A stretch of 63,589 bases of DNA, filler included, from a bacterium (GTDB lineage Bacteria > JAMORN01): assembly GCA_027063545.1 (NCBI GenBank). It is 11 parts of 11 records of this genome, joined end to end, with 100 filler letters (N's around TTAATTAATTAA, not from the genome) between each part and the next. Parts side by side here need not be neighbours in the genome. Positions count along the whole stretch, not along the records: positions 25,365 to 31,470 come from JAMORN010000160.1; positions 31,571 to 37,669 come from JAMORN010000161.1; positions 37,770 to 43,726 come from JAMORN010000162.1; 8 more parts are not named here. One strand, written 5' to 3'. The position numbers were made by a program, and so were the translations under genes. Every line of letters begins with the position of its first letter. Position 1 is the first letter of the stretch. Below the pieces are notes generated by a model. The model was not told the origin of the DNA and did not search any database. It saw nothing but the letters and a program-made list of their open reading frames with translations. This document shows positions 29,820-39,599 of the stretch, in pieces.

Positions 29820-30092
29820 ATGGATTTAAGGGAACTATATAATATTATAGACGATAGAAAAAGAAACCCCCAAGAGGGAAGTTACACTAACAAACTTCTT
29901 AATCATGAAGAAAAAGCTTATAGGAAATTAAATGAAGAAGTATATGAACTTATATATGCATGTTTAAAACAAGATAAAGAGAATATAATATATGAAGCAG
30001 CTGATGTATTATATCATTTATTAGTTGTATTAGCCAAAAATGATGTATCAATAGATGAAGTTTTTAAAGAATTAGAGTCGCGTAAAAAATAG
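29820..30092 (+). CDS. hisE: Phosphoribosyl-ATP pyrophosphatase
   Basis: GSYTNKL, KLNEE, EAADVLYHLLV. Confidence 0.93.
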   Translation: MDLRELYNIIDDRKRNPQEGSYTNKLLNHEEKAYRKLNEEVYELIYACLKQDKENIIYEAADVLYHLLVVLAKNDVSIDEVFKELESRKK

Positions 30093-30590
30093 TTCTTTTC
30101 CTGTTTTATATTCTATAATTTTAAACTCAACACTTAAATCTTCATTTATTACTATCTCACCATAAGAGGCTGTTTGGCCTCTATCTATATCATTTTTTAA
30201 GTGCCCCGGATTAAATGTAACCTTATTCTCTCCTATTAAATTAAAGCTATATTTATGGGTATGGCCATAACAATGTATAAATTCTGGATATTTATACCAA
30301 AACTTTCTACCATCTTCTATAGTATGAGATAAAATAAATACTTTACCATTTATTATTACCTCTTTTACATTATCTATATCTGCCTTAAAATACTCCTCAC
30401 AATATATACCAGGTACTATAACAACTTTTTCATTCACATCCTTTAAATAATATTTTAATAACTCTCCATCTTTATAGTAATCACCTAAATGAAAAATCTT
30501 ATCATATTTAGAAAAATCAAAATTGTTATAGAACTCTTCCATTAATTTTGATGAATGAGTATCTGAGAGTACTAAAATCTTTGTTTCCAT
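30072..30590 (-). CDS. YfcE-like metallophosphoesterase
   Basis: SDTH, HLGD, GHTH, NPG. Confidence 0.8.
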   Translation of the reverse strand: METKILVLSDTHSSKLMEEFYNNFDFSKYDKIFHLGDYYKDGELLKYYLKDVNEKVVIVPGIYCEEYFKADIDNVKEVIINGKVFILSHTIEDGRKFWYKYPEFIHCYGHTHKYSFNLIGENKVTFNPGHLKNDIDRGQTASYGEIVINEDLSVEFKIIEYKTGKELFFTRL

Positions 30591-30599
30591 AGGCCACTC

Positions 30600-31379
30600 C
30601 TAACTTATTTCAAATATAGATTTTAAAAGTTTTTTTGTATAATCATGTTTGGGCGATTCATATACCTCTTGTTTCTCTCCTATTTCTACAATACTCCCTT
30701 TATTCATTACAGCCACTCTATCAGCTATATAATAAACTACAGAAAGATCATGGGATATAAATAGCATAGAAAATTTATAATAATCTTTTAAATCCAATAA
30801 TAAATTTAGAATCTGAGCTTGAACTGACACATCTAAGGCACTAACTGGTTCATCTGCCACTAAAAATTTAGGCTTTAATAATAAACTTCTTGCTATCACA
30901 ATTCTTTGTTTTTGTCCTCCAGAAAATTCATGAGGATATTTATTTAAATCATTTTTATTTAGCCCTACATTTGCAATTACTCTATCAATTTCATATTCAA
31001 TCTCTTTTTTACATTTAAGTCCATGAACCCAAAGAACTTCCTCTAGTATTCTTCTTATCTTATATTTAGGATTTAGGGAAGAATATGGATCCTGAAAGAT
31101 TATCTGTACTTCTTTTCTGAAATTTAAAAGCTCTATTTTATTAAACTCAAATATATTTTTTCCATTATAAAAAATTTTTCCCCTATCAATATCTATTAAT
31201 CTTAATACTGCTCTTGCTAATGTGGATTTTCCACTTCCTGATTCTCCCACCAATGCTAATATCTCATTATCATATATATTTAAATTTATATTATTCAATG
31301 CTTGAAGTTTCCTTAAAGGCTTTCCCCAAAAGTTTTTTTCTATTATAAATTCTTTATATATATTTTTAATTTCTATCAT
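30600..31379 (-). CDS. Oligopeptide/dipeptide ABC transporter ATP-binding subunit (OppF/DppF-like)
   Basis: GESGSGKST, FQDPYSSLNP, YPHEFSGGQKQR, DEPVSALD, HDYTKKL. Confidence 0.93.
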   Translation of the reverse strand: MIEIKNIYKEFIIEKNFWGKPLRKLQALNNINLNIYDNEILALVGESGSGKSTLARAVLRLIDIDRGKIFYNGKNIFEFNKIELLNFRKEVQIIFQDPYSSLNPKYKIRRILEEVLWVHGLKCKKEIEYEIDRVIANVGLNKNDLNKYPHEFSGGQKQRIVIARSLLLKPKFLVADEPVSALDVSVQAQILNLLLDLKDYYKFSMLFISHDLSVVYYIADRVAVMNKGSIVEIGEKQEVYESPKHDYTKKLLKSIFEIS

Positions 31380-31470
31380 AAAGCCAACATGCTACCTTGT
31401 GATTTTCATTTATAGTTTTATATAAAGGATATTTATTTTTGCATAAATCTATCTTTTTTTCACATCTATT
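31366..31470 (-). CDS. C-terminal fragment of an OppD/DppD-like ATPase
   Basis: Manual translation NRCEKKIDLC...P......HKVACWLY, the Cys-containing tail typical of OppD. Confidence 0.7.
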   Translation of the reverse strand, partial: NRCEKKIDLCKNKYPLYKTINENHKVACWLYDRN

Positions 31471-31570
31471 NNNNNNNNNNNNNNNNNNNNNNNNNNNNNN
31501 NNNNNNNNNNNNNNTTAATTAATTAANNNNNNNNNNNNNNNNNNNNNNNNNNNNNNNNNNNNNNNNNNNN
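31471..31570. other. Artificial contig spacer
   Basis: Same 100-nt linker. Confidence 0.99.
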
Positions 31571-32535
31571 TTTCTACTAAAATATATTAAGGAATTATCT
31601 AAAAAAACAAAAAATAAATGGGATGATGCAATTTTTGAAACAAAATTTTTAGATTACTCCATTTCTCTTTTCCCATTAGCAGTTTTGTATCAATATTCAA
31701 GTGTGTTAGGAGATTATCAAAGATTTTTTCAAAAATCTATTCTTATTGTTTCAACCTTTATACTTTATTTAATTATTAGTAATTTTTTAGATGCTTTATT
31801 AAAAATTTATTCTCAATATCCTATTTCTAAGAAAAAACCAATAAAAGGATATATTCAAATAATAAAAATATTCTTATTTGTAATAATTAGTATAGTTACA
31901 ATATCTATTCTTTTTAATACATCTCCTTGGAAATTTTTAAGTGGAATAGGAGCACTCACTGCTGTGGTTATGTTAATATTCAAAGATACTATATTATCAT
32001 TTATTGCTAGTCTTCAACTTTCATCTCTTGATCTTATGCATGAAGGTGATTGGATTGAAATACCAAAATTTGGAGTTGATGGAGAAGAATAAAAAGATCT
32101 ATTTATATAGATTTAAATACAGCAAGATTTCTCACAGGTCGAGATATAGAAAAACTAAAAAGAGTAAAACTTATCAGAGAATATATTGAAAAAAAATTAA
32201 AGGAAATAGAAGAGTATAATAAAAATTTAGATACAGAAGTTACAATAAATGGAAGAAGACTTACAAATATTGGAACATTTAGAAAATATGCAGAATTTTA
32301 TTTAAGAAACAACCCTAATATAAGAACAGATTTAACTCTTATGGTAAGGCAACTTCAACACACAGATAAAGGTCTTCCATTAGAGGTATATTGTTTTACC
32401 AAAACAACTAAATGGACAGAATATGAAGAAATTGCTGCAGATATTTTTGATCATTTATTTGTTGTTGCTAGAGAGTTTGGCTTAAAGATATTTCAACTTT
32501 CTAATGTAGGTACAAATAGGGTTATAGATGAATAA
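31571..32535 (+). pseudogene. YbdG/MscM-type mechanosensitive channel with internal deletion and frameshift (5'-truncated)
   Basis: Frame 1: KPIKGYIQ...LIFKDTIL...GDWIEIPKFGVDGEE*; frame 2 from 32083: RRIKRSIYID...NGRRLTNIGTFR...MVRQL...GLPLEVYCF; conserved middle segment is absent. Confidence 0.8.
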
Positions 32536-32699
32536 TTTGAATTAAAAACTATTTTTTTTCTTTTATTTTTCTCTAAAATAACTTATTTTAATTTTATCAA
32601 TGTTAGTTCCTTAAAAATAAAATTTCAAAACCCCAAAAAATTAAGCCCTTTAACATTTTGGTATAACAAAATTAAAAACTTATTAACTAGGAGTATCTT

Positions 32700-33173
32700 A
32701 TGCAACAAGTAACAAAAAACAAAGTAGTAACATTTAACTACACTTTAAAAACAAAAGATTCTGAAGAGGTTGTTGATTCTTCAGAAATGCACGGTCAACC
32801 ATTAAAGGCTATTTTTGGAATCGGACTTTTAATACCCGGTCTTGAAGCTAGAATGGAGGGTATGACAGTTGGTGAAAGAAAAATTATAGAAGTTCCAGCC
32901 AATGAGGCTTATGGAGAAAGAAAATTAGAACTTATAAGAAAAGAACCAAAAGAATACTTTCAAGGAATTGAACTTCAAAAAGGAATGACTCTTCAAGGCC
33001 AAACTCAAACTGGAGAGATTATAAATTTAATAGTTGTTGATTTTGATGATGAGACCGTAACCGTTGATTTTAACCATCCTTTAGCAGGAAAAGATTTAGT
33101 TTTTGATGTTGAAATTTTAGAGATTAGAGATGCAAGCCCTGAAGAACTAACCCATGGCCATGTTCATAATTAA
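32700..33173 (+). CDS. slyD: FKBP-type peptidyl-prolyl isomerase SlyD
   Basis: LIPGLE, AYGER, VDFNHPLAGKDL.F.VE, IRDASPEELTHGHVH. Confidence 0.93.
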   Translation: MQQVTKNKVVTFNYTLKTKDSEEVVDSSEMHGQPLKAIFGIGLLIPGLEARMEGMTVGERKIIEVPANEAYGERKLELIRKEPKEYFQGIELQKGMTLQGQTQTGEIINLIVVDFDDETVTVDFNHPLAGKDLVFDVEILEIRDASPEELTHGHVHN

Positions 33174-33251
33174 TTCATAATTAAAAAACTAATTTATTCA
33201 AAGAGGGATTTAAGTCTATTTAGCTTTAAATCTATTTAGGCTTTTTCCCTC

Positions 33252-34673
33252 TTATATTAAAAGAAAATATATAAGAGGTAAAATTAAGACATTATCTTTC
33301 TTTTCTATTTTATTACCCTTAGAATTTAAAAGAATACCATAACGAAATTCTTTACTTCTTAATTGACTTAAAGTTTTTTTGCTACTTCCAATCTCAATTG
33401 CTATTGGTTTGGAATTTGTTCTTACAATAAAATCAGGTGTTTTTTTCTCTTTATCTTTTGTATAAAATGTTAAATCTCCCACATTCTTTTTTAAGTATAA
33501 AGCAACTATATCCTCATATAACTTAGGATGAAACTTTTCTTTATTATTTTCAAAAACTTTTCTTATTATTGCATACCTTATTGTTGGAGAGATAAAAAAT
33601 AATTTTTCATATTGATTTATTCTATTTTTTACTCCACTATAAAAAGGAAATTTAACTAAAATCTCAGAATTTATTAAAATATCAATAATTCTATTTATTT
33701 TTTTCAGTTTTATACCTAGAAAATTTGATATTTTTTCCTGGTTGAAATCATCTGTAAATGGAATATAGTAAAGAATTTTATTAACTTCATCTTTATCTTC
33801 AATGTTATAAAAATCAACAATATCTTCATTTACTATCCTCTTTAACATTTCTAAGATACTATCTAATATACTCTTTTTTTCGTCATTTAATAAAATTCTT
33901 GGTATATTATGATAAAAAACGTATTGCTCTAGTATATTCTTAAAGAATGAACTTTTTTGTTTAATAGTTGTTAAATAACTTGATATATCTGGTTCTATTT
34001 TTTTTAATCTATCATAAAGTTCTAAAGTGGTATCTGAATAAAAGATAATCTCTTTTAACTTTTCAGAAAGCCCTTTTTTAGGAAAAATATACTCTCCTTT
34101 TTTATAAAAATTTCTTATTAACACAAACTCAGGAAACGATAAGGGATACAAACTCTGAAGTGTCCATCTTGATGCTAAATCAACATTGTAATTTAATGAA
34201 AGTGAAGAAGAACCACTTACAATAATGAATATATCTTTATATTTATCATATAAAATTTTTACTATTAAATCCCAATTTTTTAAATATTGAGCCTCATCTA
34301 AAAATAATACTACTCTATTTTTTCCTTTTATTTTATCAAAAGATTCTATTAATATTGAAGAAGTAAGATTATAGTTATAAGCAATATCTAAACTTAAATA
34401 GTATATATCTATGTTTTTATCGTTATTATAAATATAGTCAATAAGCTGCCACATAAGCAGAGTTTTACCAACACCTCTTATTCCTGTTATTCCAATTATT
34501 CTCGGTTCCACTAAGGTTTGTTTTATAAAATTATTTATATAAGATTTTAATTTTACAAATAAAAATCTTTTAGGATATTTTAAGTTAATATACGGATGAT
34601 AAACTTTATCTTTTATTTCTTTATAATCTACCTTAGCGTTTTTAAAAAAATTAACTCCAACATCTATATTCAT
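33252..34673 (-). CDS. AAA+ ATPase with C-terminal PD-(D/E)xK-like domain (COG1373-like)
   Basis: GIRGVGKT, LFLDEAQ, SGSSS, PLSFPEF, KLFFISP, PDFIV...AIEIG. Confidence 0.8.
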   Translation of the reverse strand: MNIDVGVNFFKNAKVDYKEIKDKVYHPYINLKYPKRFLFVKLKSYINNFIKQTLVEPRIIGITGIRGVGKTLLMWQLIDYIYNNDKNIDIYYLSLDIAYNYNLTSSILIESFDKIKGKNRVVLFLDEAQYLKNWDLIVKILYDKYKDIFIIVSGSSSLSLNYNVDLASRWTLQSLYPLSFPEFVLIRNFYKKGEYIFPKKGLSEKLKEIIFYSDTTLELYDRLKKIEPDISSYLTTIKQKSSFFKNILEQYVFYHNIPRILLNDEKKSILDSILEMLKRIVNEDIVDFYNIEDKDEVNKILYYIPFTDDFNQEKISNFLGIKLKKINRIIDILINSEILVKFPFYSGVKNRINQYEKLFFISPTIRYAIIRKVFENNKEKFHPKLYEDIVALYLKKNVGDLTFYTKDKEKKTPDFIVRTNSKPIAIEIGSSKKTLSQLRSKEFRYGILLNSKGNKIEKKDNVLILPLIYFLLI

Positions 34674-34681
34674 AACCCTTC

Positions 34682-35881
34682 CTACTTCAAATACCCATAT
34701 TTTTGAAATAGTCTTCTAATATTTCTTATTGCCTGTTTAATTCTATGCTCATTTTCAACAAGTGCTATTCTAATAAACCCTTCGCCTTCTGCTCCAAAAC
34801 CAGATCCAGGAGATACTGCAACATCAGCCTCCTCTAAAAGTAGATTAGCAAACTCCATACTTGACATGTGGGAAAATTCTTTTGGTAGAGGTGCCCAAAC
34901 AAACATTCCTCCTTTAGGAACTGGAACCTCCCAACCTAATTTTTTAAGACCCTCAATTAATACATCTCTTCTTCTTTGATAGGTAAGTCTTGTTTCTTCC
35001 ACACAATCTTGAGAACCATTTAAAGCTGTAATTGCTGCTACCTGAATAGCAGTAAAAAGACCATAATCGTAATATCCTTTAATCTTAGCAAGAGCTTCTA
35101 TTAACTCTGGATTTCCCACAGCAAACCCTACTCTCCAACCTGCCATGTTGTATGACTTACTCATTGTTGTAAACTCTATAGCAACCTCTTTTGCTCCTTT
35201 AACCTGCATAACAGATGGAGCCTTATATCCATCAAATGTAATATCCCAATAAGCAAAATCATGTATTAATATAATATTGTTTGTTCTACAATACTCAACT
35301 ACATGTTCAAAAAAATCTAAATCAACTACTGCTCCCGTTGGATTATGAGGAAAGTTAAGAATTAAAGCCTTAGGTTTAGGATAAAAATCTTTTACTATAT
35401 CATTTAAATCAGGTATAAAATCCTTTTCTCTTTCAAGTTTTATAGGAACGATATTTCCTCCTGCTATCATTACAGCATAAATATGTATAGGAAAAGCAGG
35501 AGTTGGAACAACTACTACATCACCTTCATTTAAAATTGCTAAAAATAAATGACTAAGTCCTTCTTTTGAACCTATTGTTACCAAAACTTCTTTTTCTATA
35601 TCAAATTCTATCCCAAATTTTCTTTTATACTTATTTACAATTGCTTTTCTTAGATTTGGAATACCTCTTGAGTTTGAATATCTATGAGTTTTGGGGTCAT
35701 TAACAACCTCTTTCAGTTTATTTACAATATGCTCAGGAGTTGGTCTATCTGGATTTCCCATACCAAAATCAATTATATCCCTTCCTAGACGCCTTAGTTC
35801 ATGTTTTCTTCTATTTAATTCCCCAAACATATAAGGAGGAAGCCTTTTTAATCTATTAGAAAACATATTAGAATCTAACAT
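34682..35881 (-). CDS. Class I/II PLP aminotransferase (AlaC / LL-DAP aminotransferase-like)
   Basis: RLPPY, DFGMGNPD, IGSKEG, NFPHNPT, HDFAY, SKSYNMAGWRVG, ALVENEHRIKQA. Confidence 0.9.
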   Translation of the reverse strand: MLDSNMFSNRLKRLPPYMFGELNRRKHELRRLGRDIIDFGMGNPDRPTPEHIVNKLKEVVNDPKTHRYSNSRGIPNLRKAIVNKYKRKFGIEFDIEKEVLVTIGSKEGLSHLFLAILNEGDVVVVPTPAFPIHIYAVMIAGGNIVPIKLEREKDFIPDLNDIVKDFYPKPKALILNFPHNPTGAVVDLDFFEHVVEYCRTNNIILIHDFAYWDITFDGYKAPSVMQVKGAKEVAIEFTTMSKSYNMAGWRVGFAVGNPELIEALAKIKGYYDYGLFTAIQVAAITALNGSQDCVEETRLTYQRRRDVLIEGLKKLGWEVPVPKGGMFVWAPLPKEFSHMSSMEFANLLLEEADVAVSPGSGFGAEGEGFIRIALVENEHRIKQAIRNIRRLFQKYGYLK

Positions 35882-35953
35882 CTTTTATCTCCTTTTATTT
35901 TTTTTTGTTTACAATATATCTGTTAATTTAAAATAAAAATTTTTATTATTTAA

Positions 35954-36676
35954 TTATATAATTTTCTTAATAATTGATTTATCTTCTACAAAAAGAAGAT
36001 CAATAATAGACATATATGGAAGAAAATCTTTATTTGTTTTAAAAGTAATTTGATTATAAACAGGGTGTGAATAGTCATGCCATTTTACTTTTATACCTTC
36101 CCTTAAAAATTTTTCTTCTTCTAAATAATCTTTGGCGCTTTTTCCTGAGATATATTCATCTACTTTTATATTAAACCTTCTCTCTAAATTTTCAATCACT
36201 TTCAACAGTCTATCTGTTTTTTTAAACTTCTTTTCTATTTTAAACTCACTTGCCAGAATAAAATTTGTATCTTCTTCTAACCCTATATATTTTGCTAAAT
36301 CTAATATTAAATTAATATCCAAATCAACAAGAAATTTATAACCTCTATTAATATGATATTCTATTATATCAAAAACCTCCTTAAAATAAGGGGTTGTTTT
36401 ATATGAAAATTTTATACTTTTTAAATGTTTTTTTTGCCAATTTTGAATATATGAAATCTTTACTTCATTTATCTTATACTCAAAATAAGGTTTTTCAAGG
36501 CTAACAGGAACTGATAACCAAATCCAACCATTTGGAGTCTTAATCCTATTTCTTGTTCTCCAATCCCGGATTGTAAATTGAACATCATCATAAAAAACAA
36601 AAAAATCTGCCTGTTTTATTAAATTAAAGTAGCCTATCCATGGCAAATAAGAAGGCTGAAGAATTACTATTTTCAT
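35954..36676 (-). CDS. WbqC-family protein
   Basis: ILQPSYLPWIGYF, YDDVQF, RNRIKT, YISG.SAKDY, SIIDLLF. Confidence 0.92.
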   Translation of the reverse strand: MKIVILQPSYLPWIGYFNLIKQADFFVFYDDVQFTIRDWRTRNRIKTPNGWIWLSVPVSLEKPYFEYKINEVKISYIQNWQKKHLKSIKFSYKTTPYFKEVFDIIEYHINRGYKFLVDLDINLILDLAKYIGLEEDTNFILASEFKIEKKFKKTDRLLKVIENLERRFNIKVDEYISGKSAKDYLEEEKFLREGIKVKWHDYSHPVYNQITFKTNKDFLPYMSIIDLLFVEDKSIIKKII

Positions 36677-37329
36677 TTTCCGTTATTTTCTCTATTCACT
36701 TTATATGTGAGTTCCCACAGTGGATAAGAGGTTATAATAGTTATATCTCTAGATAGTCCTTTATATAAAAAATCAAAAAATTCCTGAAAATCAGGATAAA
36801 AAAGATGGGATTCTTTATAATTAACTGAGGGAGAAAGTGTATTAAATATTATTCCAAATTCAGATATCCTATACATTTTTATAATTACTTCTTTTATATA
36901 TTCATAAAAATCCTTAGTCTCAAGATCAGATTTTACATTAAATATTCCACTTGCTATTACAACATCAAAGGATCTTTTTTCAAAAGAAAGTTCTAAAAAC
37001 TCTCCTATAAATAAATTTTCTTTTATATTTGGAAATCTCTCTTGAGCTTTTTTTATCATATTAGCCACTAAATCAACTCCATAATATTCAAATACTTTAG
37101 TAGATACTTTTGTTGAAATAAAATCATAAAATGCTCCGTATCCACATCCTACATCTAAAATTTTTATTTTTGGTTTTTTATATAAATAATTCTCTAAAAA
37201 CTTATAAATATACTCAAATCTCATGTATTGACTATATAAATCTGCCCAATCCACTCCTTTGGGAGTATCCTTATATTGAGAAAATTTTTTAAAGTAATAC
37301 TCTTTTATAACATTTGGTATCCTTCTCAT
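36673..37329 (-). CDS. Class I SAM-dependent methyltransferase
   Basis: GVDW...QYMRF, ILDVGCGYG, GVDL, ASGIFN. Confidence 0.88.
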   Translation of the reverse strand: MRRIPNVIKEYYFKKFSQYKDTPKGVDWADLYSQYMRFEYIYKFLENYLYKKPKIKILDVGCGYGAFYDFISTKVSTKVFEYYGVDLVANMIKKAQERFPNIKENLFIGEFLELSFEKRSFDVVIASGIFNVKSDLETKDFYEYIKEVIIKMYRISEFGIIFNTLSPSVNYKESHLFYPDFQEFFDFLYKGLSRDITIITSYPLWELTYKVNRENNGK

Positions 37330-37330
37330 A

Positions 37331-37669
37331 TTATTTTACCTTTTCTTTTATTATATAATCAGCCCTTAATGCCTGCCAATCTCTACAATCCCTACATACA
37401 GGAGGAAGTTTCTCCCATTCTTTGTTTTTATGATATTCTCTATATATCTTTAGCTTAGAATTCTTCCAAACATCCTTTATTGAAGATTCTGATACATCTC
37501 CAACTATAACTTTACCATCCCAATCCATTGGACATATTGGAACCTTTCCATCATGAAATATTGTTATTAATTTCATAATATAGTAACATGGAAATCTATG
37601 TTTATTATCATAAATTAGATGCTTTGCCTCTACAGTATTTGCCCAAGAAGCTTTAGGCCTTATTTTAAT
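37331..37669 (-). CDS. Radical SAM/SPASM protein, 3' fragment
   Basis: Frame open to gap: RFPC...DGKVPIC..D...GD......DVW...CRDC. Confidence 0.8.
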   Translation of the reverse strand: MKIRPKASWANTVEAKHLIYDNKHRFPCYYIMKLITIFHDGKVPICPMDWDGKVIVGDVSESSIKDVWKNSKLKIYREYHKNKEWEKLPPVCRDCRDWQALRADYIIKEKVK

Positions 37670-37769
37670 NNNNNNNNNNNNNNNNNNNNNNNNNNNNNNN
37701 NNNNNNNNNNNNNTTAATTAATTAANNNNNNNNNNNNNNNNNNNNNNNNNNNNNNNNNNNNNNNNNNNN
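37670..37769. other. Artificial contig spacer
   Basis: Same 100-nt linker. Confidence 0.99.
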
Positions 37770-37771
37770 TT

Positions 37772-38134
37772 AAATCATATAAAAAAGAATACAAAGATGG
37801 AGAACAAAAAAGGGATTTTATTTATGTAAAAGATGTAGCAAAGGTTATTCTATTTTTTTTAGAAAATATAGAAAAAAATGGACTTTTTAATGTAGGTACA
37901 TCCCAAGCAAGAAGCTGGAATGAATTAGCAAAGGTTATATTTGAAACTTTGAATATACCAATTAATATAGAATATATAGATATGCCCGAAGACATCAAAA
38001 AAAATTATCAATATTTTACACAGGCAAATATCAATAAACTCAGAGAAGCTGGATATATAGACGAGTTTACTCCAATAGAAGAAGGTGTAAAAGAATATAT
38101 AAATAATTATCTAGAAAAAAAAGAGTACATATAA
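37772..38134 (+). CDS. hldD: ADP-L-glycero-D-manno-heptose 6-epimerase, 3' fragment
   Basis: YKDGEQKRDFIYVKD, GLFNVGT, IEYIDMP, YQYFTQA..KLR.AGY. Confidence 0.9.
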   Translation, partial: KSYKKEYKDGEQKRDFIYVKDVAKVILFFLENIEKNGLFNVGTSQARSWNELAKVIFETLNIPINIEYIDMPEDIKKNYQYFTQANINKLREAGYIDEFTPIEEGVKEYINNYLEKKEYI

Positions 38135-38151
38135 TAAAAAGGAGGCTAAAA

Positions 38152-39597
38152 ATGTTAATAATGTATAAAATTGATGAAACCCCTAAAGAAGGAGAAATTA
38201 GTTTTATTATAAATAAAATTAAGGCTAATTTTATAATAGGGCATCCTACATATAATAATCAAGATAATATTGGATCCTTAATAGAGAAAGATATTAAAGG
38301 TATATTAAAATATATAAAAGAAAATTCTCTTATAATAATTAGTGATGGAACTAAAACTATAGAAAATGATGATAAAAGTGTTTTTGAGGCTATAGAGAAA
38401 ATTTTTCCTATTTTAAAAGAAAAATATGAACAGAATTTAAATAATTTAAATATTGATGTGGCTATCTTGGTTAGTATGTATGATGGATATATGGGGAATA
38501 GAATTCCGGGTAAAGGGTCTGCTTTAAAACTAATATACAGTGAAGTATACAACTCAAATTTCGGAGAATTTCTAACCCTTTTAGATGGAGATTTAAGAAA
38601 TGATGTTAATGAATGGATTGGAGTTTATAAAAAGATCATAGAATATCATAAAGAGAATTTTGGTGATAAGCCTTTATTTGTTACAGCAAAATATGCTCGT
38701 CATTTTGTTGATGCCTCTTTAACAAGATTTATTGTTTCTCCTTTAACAACTGGTTTTGGTATGTTTGTTCCTGGAGGAATATCAGGAGATATATTTTTAA
38801 ATAAAAAGGCAGTGGAAAATGAAATAAAGGCTAAATGGTCTGAAAATAGATATAAATATGGGACTGATATATCAACTACAATTGATAATATTGTAAATGG
38901 TACAATAATATATGAGGCTTATTTAGGTGCCAAACTACATGATATAACCGATGAAGCAAAACTTGCAATAATGCCAAGAGAAGTAATTGGTGCAATTTTA
39001 GAAAAATTTATAGAAAAAGAAAAGGAAAATGGTATTATATCTAAGATAAAACAAGAAAAACTTGAGTTAAAATTTCCAATAATATTTGATTCTTCAAAAA
39101 CAGGTATAGATTTTATTGATCCAGGTTATACAGATGTATTCAATATTGATGTAAAGACAACTAATTTAATTGAAAAATTTATAGACTACAAAAACTCCAT
39201 AGAAAAGGTATTTGGCACAAGCTTTGCAAAAGAAATAGAAAAAAGAGTTGAAAAGTTAAAAGAAAATTATAAAAATGAAAATAACAAGATTTTATTCCTA
39301 GATATAAACAGAGATCTTTGGATAGATATATTAAATAAAGCTTTAAATTATATTTTATCTACAGAGGACGTTGAAAATACAAAGACTGCTCTTAGTTATT
39401 TGTATACAGCAAGTTTTCTTGAATTTGTAAAAGAAAAACTTGAGTTTTTAAATATAAAAACATATAAAGAAATAAGAAAAAAACAAAAGAAGTTAGGTGT
39501 TCCTAAAGAGATTGCAAAAGAATTCTATGAAAAGGAAGTTGATGAAAAAATTAAAGATATGAGTATAAAATTTTATAACCTCTTTATAGGAGGATAA
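38152..39597 (+). CDS. GT-A glycosyltransferase, glucosylglycerate/mannosylglycerate synthase (Ggs/Mgs)-like
   Basis: GHPTYNN, ISDG, PGKGSAL, LDGDLR (DxD), YARHFVDASLT, GGISGD, YGTDI, LGAKLHD. Confidence 0.7.
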   Translation: MLIMYKIDETPKEGEISFIINKIKANFIIGHPTYNNQDNIGSLIEKDIKGILKYIKENSLIIISDGTKTIENDDKSVFEAIEKIFPILKEKYEQNLNNLNIDVAILVSMYDGYMGNRIPGKGSALKLIYSEVYNSNFGEFLTLLDGDLRNDVNEWIGVYKKIIEYHKENFGDKPLFVTAKYARHFVDASLTRFIVSPLTTGFGMFVPGGISGDIFLNKKAVENEIKAKWSENRYKYGTDISTTIDNIVNGTIIYEAYLGAKLHDITDEAKLAIMPREVIGAILEKFIEKEKENGIISKIKQEKLELKFPIIFDSSKTGIDFIDPGYTDVFNIDVKTTNLIEKFIDYKNSIEKVFGTSFAKEIEKRVEKLKENYKNENNKILFLDINRDLWIDILNKALNYILSTEDVENTKTALSYLYTASFLEFVKEKLEFLNIKTYKEIRKKQKKLGVPKEIAKEFYEKEVDEKIKDMSIKFYNLFIGG

Positions 39598-39599
39598 AA

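Noticed and set aside
32004-32189. Programmed frameshift or separate small gene within mscS
   Set aside because: A conserved segment is missing, so recoding cannot restore the protein; the 61-aa ORF is an off-frame by-product
33207-33240. Hairpin or direct repeat (TCTATTTAG twice) between slyD and the AAA ATPase
   Set aside because: Short, imperfect and AT-rich; too weak to call a terminator or target-site duplication
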